Both the position numbers and the translations under genes were made by a program. The notes below the pieces were generated by a model, which saw nothing but the letters and a program-made list of their open reading frames with translations, searched no databases and was not told where the DNA came from. From positions 3,844,001 through 3,908,000 of the forward strand of contig OX597831.1 of NCBI GenBank assembly GCA_951406725.2: a stretch of DNA of 64,000 bases, in the 5' to 3' direction. The stretch is from Octopus vulgaris (Eukaryota). This document shows, in pieces, positions 28,305 to 41,925 of the stretch (position 1 is the stretch's first letter; every line of letters starts with the position of its first letter).

Positions 28305-28540
28305 CCTTTCTATTATAGGCACAAGGCCTGAAATTTGCGGGGAGGCGGTAAGTCGATTACATCGACCCCAGTGCGTAACTGGTACTTATTTAATCGATCC
28401 CGAAAAGAAAGGATGAAAGCAAAGTCGACCTCGGTGGAATTTGAACTCAGAACGTAACGGCAGACGACATATCTATTTCTTTACTACCCACAAGTGGCTA
28501 AACACAGAGAGGACAAACAAGGACAGACAAACGGATTATG
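28304..28540 (-). mobile_element. SINE A partial multimer
   Basis: One body plus the tail of a preceding unit, with the same junction type as at 25560-25590. Confidence 0.8.
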
Positions 28541-29652
28541 GAAGCTTCACTTAAGGTTAAACAATAATAAGAATAAGAACAACAACAACCACGATAATAA
28601 CAACAACAGCAATGACGTCATCAACAGCAATTACGACGATGATGACAGTAACAATAATAACACAAACATCAATAACAGCCACAAATCAAAATGCCAAAAT
28701 TAAATGAAAGTTGATATGAAACAGTAGAATCCTATGACGCTAGCGTTGGCCTTTGTCATCAAATAGTTAAGAACCAAAAGTTGATAAAGTGGAGCAAATT
28801 ATTTTGCAACAGGAAAGAGAAGTTTAACGTTTCGAGCATAAACCAATCATCAGAAAAAGAGGAAATGAATGTCGTGTCGAGGATCGACAAAGTCTATAGG
28901 CATCATCTTCCTATAAATAAATTCAGTTAAAAAAATCTTCAAGTTCTTACTCTTAGTGTTAAATTATGCCACATACAAGAATAAGAAATGTCTTTAAATA
29001 ATGCCTGAAACTGCAACTTAGAAACTCAACCACTAAGGATCTTATCAGATATCTACTTTGTTTTTAATGATTCATGTTTATGAATTCTAGGAAAAGCCTT
29101 TTGGGGTTCAATTGTTTTGTTCATATTTCTGGAAGTAATAAGGTTTTCGCTTAATGGAAGAGCGATGAGGAGAAAGCGAAAGGAAGGAAAGAAGGAAAGC
29201 CTGAAAGAAAGAAAGAAATGAAGAAAGAGAAAACTGTAAACTTATAAAAATGAAGGAAAAAGCAAAAAAAACGAGTGTAGGCGGGAGAACTCAGCAAGAA
29301 AAGTTTGAAAGAAGAAACGGCGGTGGAGAGCATAAATGCTGAAAAGAGAGAGAGAGAGGGATAGAACCGAAAGAAATGAAAAGTGAAGTAGAAATGCAAG
29401 GAACAAAGGGCAGATGGAAGTGATGGAAGAAAAGAAGGGAAGAAAGAAAGAGAGCGAGATAGAGAGGAAAAGATAAAAAGGAAAGGAAGAGGGATGATAG
29501 TAGAAATTAAAAGTAGAGAGAGAGAGAGGGGGGGGAGAAAGAAAAGGGGAGAGAGGTGGGAAGGAAAGAAAAAGATAGTGTGAGTGAAAGAGAGGAAGAA
29601 ACGGTAGCAAAAGAAACAGAAGGGTGGTGAAAATGAAAGAAAGAACATCGTC

Positions 29653-29713
<61 letters not shown>

Positions 29714-30468
29714 GAAGGAGAAAGAAAAAAGAATGAAAAAAGCATCATTAAAGATACACTATTAGGAAAATAATGAGGATGAAAGATTAAATAATTTGAT
29801 GAAAGATTAAATGAAATATAGGAGTAAGTGAGGGACAAAATGGCTATCAAGTAGGTACGAAGGAAGACCAAATGAAAGAGTATTAAGAACGAACATTATA
29901 AGAATTAGAGACAGAGTCAAAAGAGATATTTGAAGGAAACTTTACGAGAAAGAATTTCAGAATAAGGAATAAATTGGAGACCGTAAAGAAGATTGAATTT
30001 CAAAAAAATATAATATACATGGACGAAAGTAATAGAACAACAAAGAACGATTGATGATATCAATGAAGATGAAGAGACGCTAATAAATGAAAAAAACGAT
30101 TAGAAATGATGATGAGATGAATAAAAATAATGAAGGTGTGATAACATAATGAAAATAAAATAAAATAAGATAAAATACAAAATAAACGGAAAATATAAAA
30201 AATCAAATTTCCACAAGTTTCCTTATTACAGGTGCTGCAATAGGATTTCGAGCAAGGATTCAACAGGAAACCCCAACGAGAAATCACTGCAAAAGCAGAC
30301 GACAAGAAAATCTAATTTTGACAGAAGTTACTCACCGATAAAATGGCTTCTTTCATGACAGGAAATTGATTTGGTCGCGCAAAACTTGTTTCTCCTTTCT
30401 TCTTATTTCTTTATGTCACATAAGAAGATTGCGTAGACCACGTGTATATATGTGTGTTTGTATGTATG

Positions 30469-30507
<39 letters not shown>

Positions 30508-30981
30508 GTATGTATGTATGTCTGTATCTATATAGATGTCTGTGTGCGTTTGCTTATGTGTATACATATATGCACATATGCGTATATACGTACATACGTA
30601 CACATACACATACACACGCACAAGCACATCTACATGTATATATATATATATATACACATCCTCCCTTTGGATGGCTGTTGAAGTGGAATTGAGACGGCCA
30701 ACAGCCAAGCCGGAGCGAGCGAAACGCGTCATTAATTTGCAAAATGAAAAGAAAAGAGAAGAAAGAAAGACCTGCCGAAAATTGTCAGATATAACATGGT
30801 TTCGCCACTGGCGACTTGGTTATATACATAATATAACACGTTATTTATGAGTGTGTGTGTATGTGTGTGTATGAGACACACGTACACACGCACACACATA
30901 TATATAACATGTATGCAATGTATGTATGTGTATATATATATGTATGTATAAAAATATATATACATACACATACACACACGC

Positions 30982-31023
<42 letters not shown>

Positions 31024-31217
31024 TTATATGCGTATATATATACATATACGTATACATACAAACATACACATGAAATATATGTACACACATGTATCTATAC
31101 ACACATAAGAATACACAATGCACACACGCATACATACATATTCACACACACTCAGACATACACACACACATATATATACACATATATTTATACATATATA
31201 TATGTACATACCCCCTA

Positions 31218-31249
<32 letters not shown>

Positions 31250-31413
31250 ACAAACATACGCATGTATACACATTTATATAACGTGTCAAGTTGTATATAG
31301 TCAATATATTTTTCATTTTTCATGTCATTTGTTCGTACATTCCACTGGTTTGTGATGTCAAGTCAAGCGGAAGAAACACTTCCAGCACAATCACCATCAC
31401 CACCACCACCTGT

Positions 31414-31446
<33 letters not shown>

Positions 31447-31719
31447 GCCCTTGTCGTCTTCGGTTTTTCTAATGTCTGCCATGCGTCCTTAAGACCATCT
31501 GGTTGCGTTTCTCAGGTTAAAAAAAGAATCTACTGTTCACACATGGAACGGAACCACTTACCCTTTATTGGCTCAACTCCAGTCATCATCATCGTCGTCG
31601 TCATCGTCGTCGTCATCATCATCATCATCATCATCACAACCACCACCACCACCACCACCACCACCACCACCACCACTACCACCACCATCATCATCATCAA
31701 CCATCCCCACCTCCAGACA

Positions 31720-32220
31720 TCCCTGTCTCAAGTCCCAGGACTCATAGTGCAGGTTACCCAGTTTCCATGAAGTATAAAGTGACCAAGACCGCAGCATTTC
31801 CTCTGAACGGGATACCAGTTCATCGCAAGGCTCCTCCTCTACAGTTGAGGGGACTGGAACTGCGTAAAATGAAATGCTTTGCTCGATACACAATGCACCG
31901 CCAGGTCCGGGAATCGAAACCGCGATTTTGCGATGGCGAGAGTAACATCCTCTAACCACTAGGCCACTCACTCTGAGTGTGAGGAATATTCGCTGTGAGG
32001 AAGGTGGCAAGCTGACGGAATCGTTAGCACGCCGGGCAAAATGGCTTAGCGTCGTTTACTCCGTCTATACGTTGAGTGCAAATTCCGCCGAGGTCGACTT
32101 TGTCTTTCATCCTTTCGGGGTCGATATAAAAAATGCCAGTTTAGTACAGGGGTCGATGTAATCGACTTATCCCCGCCCCGACTCTGAAATTGCTGGCCTT
32201 GTCCCAAAACTTGAAGCCAA
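31720..32220. mobile_element. Diverged tRNA-SINE (minus, about 31720-31970) and SINE A (plus, about 32003-32220), head to head
   Basis: B-box-like gtttcgattccc on the minus strand and the SINE A consensus on the plus strand. Confidence 0.75.
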
Positions 32221-32579
32221 TATTCACTGTGAAGTTGATGCAGACCGTAGAAACTGGTGCAAAACCTAGTGGTGCAGAGACTTGGAGAAATCTGCCGAGT
32301 TGTGTAACAAGAAAAAAAAATTCAACAGAAATTCTATTAATATCAGTTATACTAGTTTGTATTTCACTACATCTTTTGCTAACACCAACGCCGAAATTTC
32401 CTGTCTCCGAATCATAGCAAAATGCATTTTCATTAATTCAATAACATGTCTTAAATTGAAATTGTTTCGCTAGTTCTATCGTACACGGCACAAAAGGTTT
32501 CCATAAGAATTATTTGGTATCTTAAAATTACAAAGGTCTAAAGGCGAATTTTGACTTTTTAAGTTATAACTAATCTTTT

Positions 32580-32802
32580 ATCTTTTATTTGTTTCAGTCA
32601 TTAGACTGCGGCCATGCTGGGGCATCGCTTCGATGAATTTTAGTCGAACGAATCGAGCCCAGTACTTATTATTGAAGGCTGGCACTTTATCTAATATATC
32701 CCTTTTGCCGAACCGCTAAGTTACGAGGACGTCAACACATCAGTACCAGTTGTCAAGCGCTGTTAGGACACACATAAGCACTCACACGCGCGCGCACACA
32801 CA

Positions 32803-32840
<38 letters not shown>

Positions 32841-33006
32841 CACACGACAGGCTTCTTTCAGTTTCCGTCTACCGAATTCACTCACAAGGCTTTGGTCGAC
32901 TCGAGTTTATAGTGGAAGACGCTTGCCCAAAATGCCACGCAGTAAGACTGAACCTGGAACCACGGGGTTGGGAAGAAAACTTCTTACACAGTCACGCCTG
33001 CACCTA
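32580..33006 (-). mobile_element. SINE B
   Basis: Collinear with 13375-13799. Confidence 0.85.
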
Positions 33007-33920
33007 TCTTATATACTTCGGTCTGTAATGGAACATAGCTTTGTCTATGTATAGTTGGGATTTAAAATCCATAAACATACCTATTTGATGGTACACAAGA
33101 CATACACTTAAGAAAAAAAAACTCGCAAAATTACCCCAGTTGTGGCCTCCAATAAGTTAATTTTTTCCATTATGCTCACTTTTTCCTGAATATGTGCTGC
33201 TGTAATTAGGAAGTATACAATATGCTTGTGTATCTTTTATGTTATGAAAAACGGTACATGTTTATACAGAAATATAAAAATTTCACTTTGCAAGGGCGTA
33301 TAAACAATATACGCGGAAAACTTGTCAGCTTTGTTTATCTGAAAAAAACCATATTAAAAAATTTCCTCCAATCCTATGTATCAGAATAATTATCGCTTTG
33401 CTGATTCAAATCCTGTTTCAATTTAAGAAAATTTAAAGCCGAAGGCGTAAATGTTTTTCTTCACACTGAAAATGGAATAGAGTAACTTTCAATGTTTTAT
33501 TTTTCAGATCATTGATATGAAGGTTAAGAATAAATTGTTTTAAATCTTAATAATTATATGTGCTTAAATTGTTGGGATATACAGTCTAATAGTTTGGAAT
33601 ACTTTCATGTACGTTAATTCTTTGAATAGCAGTAATCTCTCATACAGACTTATGGTACATATAAGCACTCGTTTACATATCGCTGGTGGGAGATAATCGT
33701 TCGTTACCGCTACCGGAACTACCAGATGGTGTGATTTTGGCTTTGTCAATGGTAGACATCCGCGGCTAGAAATAACAATGATTACTCCGCCAATGAAATA
33801 TATAGAATTTCAGCACCTATACTCGCAAATCTCCAGTGGGCTCATTAAAATCAATTAATAACGACTACTTTTAAGTAAGGATAAAGATTACCATTTGGTA
33901 TTAATACTGCTTCTGTCACT

Positions 33921-33973
<53 letters not shown>

Positions 33974-33979
<6 letters not shown>

Positions 33980-34237
33980 GACAAAACCACTATTAGGCAA
34001 ATCATACAATGAAAAACTTAAGCCAATACATAAGATTATTTAATTTATATTTATTAAAAAAATTGTATTACATGTCTGTTTTCTTAATTAATATATCACT
34101 AAATTATAGTGATATATTAATTATATTTTTTAAATAATTTTGTTATATATTTAAATAATATAAATTAAATAATCTTATGTATTGGCTTAAGTTTTTCATT
34201 GTATTTTCATTTGCCTAATAGTGGTTTTGTCTCTAAT
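33974..34237. repeat. Long fold-back palindrome (about 264 bp)
   Basis: Near-perfect outer arms of about 80 bp (attagagacaaaaccactattaggcaaat... / ...atttgcctaatagtggttttgtctctaat) and an inner perfect 17-bp stem, 34085-34101/34107-34123. Confidence 0.92.
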
Positions 34238-34366
34238 TTAATACAATATAATATTTTACTATAAAATCGGATTCAATCCTAAATCTGATTTTTCCCTGTA
34301 AGTTTGGATTTATTCCCTAATATTTATTATTATTATATATATATATGCATATATTTTTATTTATCA

Positions 34367-34409
<43 letters not shown>

Positions 34410-34483
34410 CACTTATTATCGTTTTGTTTACCATGTAGGCAGTCATCGCAATTATTGTTTTGTCTTGTTGTTGAGAGAGGGTC

Positions 34484-34576
34484 CCTTTCTTTCCTGATGA
34501 GAAGATTGCATCTTGCACCGTTTATTCCTTTGGAATAAAACCATGTTGTCTTGGAAACATATGTCGAGAGGAAAGG
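34484..34576 (+). ncRNA. Candidate type I hammerhead ribozyme (same family as 58781-58878)
   Basis: cctttctttc-CTGATGA(34494-34500)-long helix II-GAAA(34554-34557)-catatg-TC|gagaggaaagg. Helix III is the palindrome acatatgt and the triplet is GUC. There is a G/G mismatch at the base of helix II. Confidence 0.7.
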
Positions 34577-35301
34577 AATTTTGTTAACATCTTCGTTCAA
34601 CTCCATTTATTTATTTATTCATATATAACACACAAATTTCTGCACATGAACCCGGAGTTTCTACCCTTGGACAGGTCGCTTCAACCGTGTTTCTGACGTG
34701 AGTTTGCTACCCTGGTATCGGTTCATCGAATTTTCCATGTTGACGGTAAACATAGGATAATTCATTCACCTATCGATATATATATATATATATACACACA
34801 CATACAGTGGTGGGCACAGCTAACCGTTAAACAGGTAAAAAATTAGCGGAAGCTAATGCTAACTGATAACCAAGATGCCAAGTAGTGGGACTGAACCCGG
34901 AACCATGTGGTTGGGAAGTAAACTTCTTATAACGCAGTATGTATGTATGTGTATATACCTGCATATACAGACAAGCGCGCGCGCACACACACATATACTT
35001 ACGTACGTAAATGTGTTTCGGATGTGTGGATATATATTATTTATATAATAAACACATATTTTAAATATATATACAAACATTAGACATAAAAGAGAATACG
35101 AATTAATTATCCCACCCATTCATAACCGCTCATAGAATTGATATATATTTACTTGATTATAACCTAAAGGGTGTTTTAGATTATATTTCTCCTACATCTC
35201 ACTTCCAATCTATATCACGTGACGATTGATTTGATACTGGATAATTACTCACGCACACACACACCCACACACAAACATACAGACATATACAGATCCACAT
35301 A

Positions 35302-35356
<55 letters not shown>

Positions 35357-35542
35357 GCATATATGTGACTGAAACGAGGATGGGTGCCTCTGATAGCACT
35401 CGAAGCTGAAATGAAATTCAGCAAGGCTTTAAACGGCATTTTTCGGTTGATAGCTCTCCTTGATTACTGTTAGAAATATTTATGAATATTTATTAATATA
35501 CAGATAGAATGAATAAATATATCTTCCTGTCCCCGACTGCGG

Positions 35543-35728
<186 letters not shown>

Positions 35729-35729
35729 C

Positions 35730-35762
<33 letters not shown>

Positions 35763-35838
35763 GGTATATATATATATATATATAAATATTGATATATATA
35801 TAGGTATATATATATGTATCTATCTATGTATATATATG

Positions 35839-35923
<85 letters not shown>

Positions 35924-35946
35924 ATATATATATATATGTATGTATG

Positions 35947-35979
<33 letters not shown>

Positions 35980-36000
35980 GTATGTATGTATGTATGTATA

Positions 36001-36041
<41 letters not shown>

Positions 36042-36189
36042 GTTTTATATGTGTGTGTATGTATGTAGTGTATGTATACACACATATATATATGTATGTA
36101 TAATATATTTATATGAATTTTAATGAATATTTAATCAGATTCATGTTCCACGAGTCAGACACTTTAAGCTGTTCTTTTTTTCTCTCTTC

Positions 36190-36510
36190 TTACTCTTTTA
36201 CTAGTTTCAGTCATTTGACTGCGGCCATGCTGGAGCACCGCCTCTAGTCGAGTGAATCGACTCCAGGACTTATTATTTGTAAGCCTAGTACTTATTCTAT
36301 CGGTGTTTTTTGCCGAACCGCTAAGTTACGGGGACGTGAACACACCAGCATCGGTTGTCAAGCCATGCTGGTGGTAGTGGTGGGGGACAAACACACTCAC
36401 ACACACACATATACGACGGGTTTCTTTCAGTGTCTTCTGCCATAACCTTGGCTCGACCCAAGCCTTATGATTGAATTTGGTAGACGGAAACTGAAAGAAG
36501 CCTGTCGTGC

Positions 36511-36574
<64 letters not shown>

Positions 36575-37010
36575 AAAGGGAGAGTTTGCGAAAAAAACAA
36601 AAGACGAAGACAAGTGGTGTACAAAACAAACAGATGTATTAGTATAACGCTCAGGAATAGAAAAAGTCTTTTACTTTTCGAGCCTACGCTCTTCTACAGA
36701 AAGGGACACAGAAAAAACAAGGAGAAAAAAATATGTGTGTAGTGGCTAACGATCTATATATATATGCGCATGTGTGTGTGTGTGTGGTTATTTATGTATG
36801 TGTCTTTGTGTTTGTGTTTTCCCCCACCACCATCGCTTGACAACCGATATTGGTAAGTTTATGTACCCGTAATATAGCGGTTCGGCCAAAGCGACCGATA
36901 GAATAAGTCATGGGGTCGATTTTTTCGACTAAAAAAGAAAAATCCCTTGAAGGCGGTGCTCCAGCATGTTCGCAGTCAAAATGACTGAAAGAAGAGATTA
37001 AAAGAACGAA
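36190..37010. mobile_element. SINE B fragments in both orientations, with a Penelope-like remnant (about 36575-36755) inside the SINE's internal microsatellite
   Basis: Minus-strand tail half at 36190-36420. The plus-strand copy runs 36428-36510 and resumes at 36770-37010. Confidence 0.7.
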
Positions 37011-37134
37011 AGGATATCTCACGCATACTGTTCCTCCCTTCCTCCCCCCCTCTCTCTTCATATGACACGTAATTGCTTTCATTTTGTTTAAAGCTTCGTC
37101 TTTCATTTTATGATAGACAGCTTTGTGATTGGGT

Positions 37135-37524
37135 GGAGGCGCAATGGCCCAGTGGTTAGGGCAGCGGACTCGCGGTCATAGGATCGCGGTTTCGATTCCC
37201 AGACCGGGCGTTGTGAGTGTTTATTGAGCGAAAACACCTAAAAAGCTCCACGAGGCTCCGGCAGGGGATGGTGGTGATCCCTGCTGTACTCTTTCACCAC
37301 AACTTTCTCTCACTCTTACTTCCTGTTTCTGTTGTACCTGTATTTCAAAGGGCCGGCCTTGTCACTCTCTGTGTGTCACGCTGAATATCCTCGAGAACTA
37401 TGTTAAGGGTACACGTGTCTGTAGAGTGCTCAGCCACTTACACGTTAATTTCACGAGCAGGCTGTTCCGTTGATCGGATCAACCGGGACCCTCGTCGTCG
37501 TAACCGACGGAGTGCTTCCATCCA
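37135..37524 (+). mobile_element. SINE family C, full-length, young, 11-bp TSD
   Basis: tRNA-like head tggcccagtggttagg...ggtttcgattccc. TGTGATTGGGT occurs at 37124-37134 and 37525-37535. Confidence 0.93.
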
Positions 37525-37700
37525 TGTGATTGGGTAAAAATGCTTAAACTTAAAACCTCTGCAACATTTTTCTAAATCTCTTCTGGAATAAGTGAAGCAC
37601 AAAATCGGATTCAGCGTAAAAAATTGCACATATACCAAATTTGAACATTCTCACTTGATTTCAAAATTTCAAAAGTTGTGAAAGCAAAAGAAAAGATTCC

Positions 37701-37740
<40 letters not shown>

Positions 37741-37857
37741 ATTTATTTAATTTACGCTTTCTCATTGTAAACTTCCCCCTCTCTATATATATGTTTACCA
37801 CACTCTTTCTTACACCTTGTAAATATATACCGCTCACATTGAGTGTGTGCGCGTGCA

Positions 37858-37912
<55 letters not shown>

Positions 37913-38190
37913 GGAATTTCATTAGGGAAGTAGTGTCGAAAGACCCTTACAAAAATCAGCAGCGAACTAAGAAAAATCTTTACATCTATGCACCAAATGG
38001 AAAAACAAAAACTCTGTTTATCGATGCATTTTAAATTGCACCAACTACTGCAGAAATCTATCCTGATCAAGAGGTCCATTCGTTGGAGAAGACATGGAAT
38101 AAAAATAATTGAAATAAAGGTATTCTATTGTGAAAATTTCCCTGCAATGATGGGATACACAGCTTGTGTGTGTGTGTGTGTGTATAACTA

Positions 38191-39430
38191 TAATGTGTCC
38201 CCAAAATGTATACATACTTTAACATCTGATAACTCAGTTAATTTTCACTTGCTTGTAGATTTAATTAATTTGAAATAATAAATGCAGGCAGTCTAATCTT
38301 TGAACAAGAAAATCTATTCCTCAAGTGCGAATGGAAGCTTGAAAACGCAGGCGAAGGGCAAAGTTTGTGTCGGGGTTCCTGTCAGATCCACAACGCAACT
38401 CACCATCAATCGAATTAGGCGTAAGTTTAAAGCCGTTGGAATTGTTCGTAATTTCCACAAGAAACGTTTCGGAAGGCCGCAGAGATAGACGAAACTCACA
38501 AAGCAAGAAATGGTTTTAGAAGAGTTCAAATAAATTTGTACGCCAAACCGAGCTGTGAGTTAGGAATTTCAAAATCAAGCGCCCATCGCATTTTGAAGCG
38601 CTCTCATAGGGAAAAAAGTTACTTTTCAACAATGCTCCATCTCTCAATGAAGATGAACTGGGACGAAGAGTGGAGTTTTGAGAATGGTACGTAGCAAGAT
38701 GTGCAGAAGATTCACATTTTCCAGCAAAGATTATTTGGAGTGATGAAACCGCGTTGAAATTAAATGGCTCTATTAATCATCACAATTGCTACTGGCTGGA
38801 ACATGGAAATCCGCATATGGAGGAACATCATGTTGATTTATCAGCAATTACAGTATGATCCGGTTTATCACCGAAAGGATTAATTGAGCCATTATTTTTT
38901 GATATTACTATGACTGACCCCTTTACCTGAGCTTGCTTCAACACTCCATCATGCTAAGTGTTCAAGATTGGAGATGTGGGTTTTTATTTCCAGCCAGATG
39001 GGACACTCCCGGTGCTACAATAGTAATGTAAAGGCTTTCTTTGATATTTTGCCAAACTAGTGGATTGAACGAAGAAGTTCAGTGGAATACCCTTCACGTT
39101 CAACGGACCTCACACTACTAGACATTTTTGGGGGGAGTGGGGTATTTAAAAGGTAAATGCTACGTTACAACATCAACAACAATCGACGAACTGAGAGCAG
39201 CCATTGAACGTGAATGAGCACAAATACCGAGCAAAATATTTCTTCATATTTACGATTCCGCTGCTTCGCGTTATCAGCAGTGATTGTACCAGAAAGATTA
39301 GTTTGAAAGCAGTCATTCATGAAACAACTAAATAGTCTGCAGATTCTATTAAATTTTGAAAACGAAATATACTTTGATAAACACCGATTTATAATCATTC
39401 AATGTGTCTTTGAGTTTTGAGGACATCCTA
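38191..39430 (+). pseudogene. Decayed Tc1/mariner-superfamily transposon (DUF4817-type transposase)
   Basis: Peptide remnants [62 protein letters not shown] and WIERRSSVEYPSRSTDLTLLD (cf. WPPRSPDLTPLD), with stops and frameshifts. Degenerate TIRs tgtgtccccaaaa / ttttgaggacatc. Confidence 0.88.
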
Positions 39431-39714
39431 CGCACACACACTCACGTATGAATAAAGAGAGAGAGAGAGAGGTGGGGAGAATATATTGAACCAGAGTTTC
39501 TTCGGTTTTAATTCTAACTTTGAGTCTCTTAGTTGTACATTCGCAGCTGCAACAAAGCTCTATATTTATATCTGCTGACTACGACTTCTGGTTTCACTCC
39601 CAGAGATGTATATATTTCTGTTGTGTGATTAAGGCGTTTGCCTTGCCATGACGTTCTAACACAAGCACAGAGACAAGCGCATATCTGATGATGTATAAAT
39701 CTAGCGCTCAGTAT

Positions 39715-40358
39715 TTAATTCTTTAGCATTTAAAACGGGTACATCCAACCAAAATATTCCATCTGTTTTATGTTCAAACTGACCAAATCCAGGTTCTCAC
39801 ACCTATCCTACAATGCCATTCTGAAAATAAACAATCAAGAGTGGCTGTGTGGTAAGTAGCTTGCCTACCAACCACATGGTTCTGGGTTCAGTCCCACTGC
39901 GTGGCATCTTGGGCAAGTGTCTTCTGCTATAGCCTCGGGCCGACCAATGCCTTGTGAGTGGATTTGGTAGACAGAAACTGAAAGAAGCCTGTCGTATATA
40001 TGTATATATATATATGTATGTATGTGTATGTATATGTTTGTGTGTTTGTGTTTGTCCCCCTAGCATTGCTTGACAACCGATGCTGGTGTGTTTACGTCCC
40101 TGTTACTTAGCGGTTCGGCAAAAGAGACCGATAGAATAAGTACTGGGCTTACAAAGAATAAGTCCCGGGGTCGATTTGCTCAACTAAAGGGCGGTGCTCC
40201 AGCATGGCCGCAGTCAAATGACTGAAACAAGTAAGAGATTAAAAGAGTAACCACATCATCGGAATGTTGAAGCTACGAGATAATCCAGGATTAATTCAAA
40301 ACAATGTGAATAAATAAGCATTACGTTTGACAGAATAATCTGAACGCTAAAGCGTTAA
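39715..40358. mobile_element. TTAA-flanked MITE (piggyBac- or Kolobok-type ends) interrupted by SINE B (39838-40248, plus)
   Basis: TTAA-ttctttagcatttaaa ... tctgaacgctaaagcg-TTAA. Confidence 0.65.
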
Positions 40359-40670
40359 ATTCTGGTGTCATATGTAAACCAGTCACATTGGCCATGTCTT
40401 CTACCTGCAAAGGGGACATCAACACACATTAACAACACAGCATCCTGATGATGAGGCTCAGAACGTATTGAGTCGTTGATGACACGTTTAAGAATTTTAC
40501 TGTTCCAAGTAGTGTCAGAAATGTATTAAAATACATGAAAAAAAAACCCATGAGAAAACTGTGAAACAGAACATGGTCGGGATTCAATAGAACACACACT
40601 TGCATCAATATACACACGCACACACACACTCAAGCATATATGTTATGTACGTATGACTATGCATATATAG

Positions 40671-41060
40671 TGGAGGCGCAATGGCCCAGTGGTTAGGGCA
40701 GCGGACTCGCGGTCATAGGATCGCGGTTTCGATTCCCAGACCTGGCGTTGTGAGTGTTTATTGAGCGAAAACACCTAAAAGCTCCACGAGGCTCCGGCAG
40801 GGGATGGTGGTGATCCCTGCTGTACTCTTTCACCACAACTTTCTCTCACTCTTACTTCCTGTTTCTGTTGTACCTGTATTTCAAGGGGCCGGCCTTGTCA
40901 CTCTCTGTGTGTCACGCTGAATATCCCCGAGAAATACGTTAAGGGCACACGTGTCTGTTGAGTGCTCAGCCACTTACACGTTAATTTCACGAGCAGGCTG
41001 TTCCGTTGATCGGATCAACCGGGACCCTCGTCGTCGTAACCGACGGAGTGCTTCCATTCC
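40671..41060 (+). mobile_element. SINE family C, full-length, young, 12-bp TSD
   Basis: Differs from 37135-37524 at only about 8 positions by eye. ATGCATATATAG occurs at 40659-40670 and 41061-41072. Confidence 0.93.
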
Positions 41061-41189
41061 ATGCATATATAGATATGTTGGTGGATAGGTATGTATGTAT
41101 GTTGGTATGTATGTATATATTCCTTATATATTTTTGTTGATTGGTGCATCTGTGTACAAATATACATGTTCGTGTATATATACAGCTGA

Positions 41190-41483
41190 GACCCCCTTCG
41201 GTCATGACTGACCATGGGATTGCACCTAGAAAGTTACCCTCCCAGGCACAAGTCCGGGCAAGGTTGTTTATGGAAGACCAGCAGTTACCCATGCATATCG
41301 GCCTCCCCTCTCCATGCCACCAGTATTATCCAAGGGAAAGGCAAAGGCCGATACAGCTTGGCACCTGTGACGTGCAGCTGAGTGAACTGGAGCAATGTGA
41401 AATAAAGTGTCTTGCTCAAGAACACAACGCGCAACTTCACGATCGTAAGCTCGACGCTCTAACCACTGAGCCATGCACCTTCA
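41190..41483 (-). mobile_element. tRNA-SINE with CORE-like body and the tail shared with 16790-16978
   Basis: Head ggtgcatggctcagtggttagagcg, body gtgttcttgagcaagacacttt, tail catgaccgaagggggtc. Confidence 0.8.
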
Positions 41484-41718
41484 CTTGTATATATATATTT
41501 ACAAGCTTCCGTCGATCAATTCCCCATACAAAATAATGGTCAAACCAGCCGTGCTAGAAGCCACTTGCTGAAAATTCCGAGCAGTAGGATCGAATCCCAA
41601 ACTATTCGGTTGCACAATGAACTTCCAAATCCCACAGCCATACTTGCACCCGTTTGTAATTCTTTTTTTTTTTGCATATACAAAGAAATACGAGCTGTCT
41701 ATGAAAGCGACTACATAC

Positions 41719-41925
41719 CCTTCGTTGGTGACAGTCAACCTAGTAGGTGTTATATCCTTTAAAACGAAGAATTCCAGGCTTTGTTACTAATACTTGTTTT
41801 TCTTGAACTCGTAATCCTGCCTCTAACACTATTTTATTCTCTTGTTCATCAATATCTTTCAAACCCCGAACAATTTCACCGGGAAGGAATAATTGATCAA
41901 CACAAGTCAGCACGTCGTTCGCCAT
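41719..41925 (-). pseudogene. EXOSC3: Exosome component RRP40 (EXOSC3) first coding exon with an in-frame TAG; pseudogene fragment or editing-dependent exon
   Basis: MANDVLTCVDQLFLPGEIV...KIVLEAGLRVQEKQVLVTKPGILRFKGYNTY*VDCHQRR matches the RRP40 N-terminal motifs VLPG...GPGLR...VTK.G.LR...YWVD..QKR. Start context is aacaagATGGCG. A phase-0 donor GTATGT lies at 41718-41713 and the TAG at 41742-41740. No downstream exon was recognised in the window. Confidence 0.85.

Noticed and set aside
37135-37210. tRNA-like sequence (also the heads of SINE A and B)
   Set aside because: It has A/B boxes but no proper acceptor stem and continues into a SINE body with a TSD, so it is not a tRNA gene.
40440-40585. 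CTGATGA...GAAAC...GTC spaced like a hammerhead
   Set aside because: Helices I and II do not pair convincingly.
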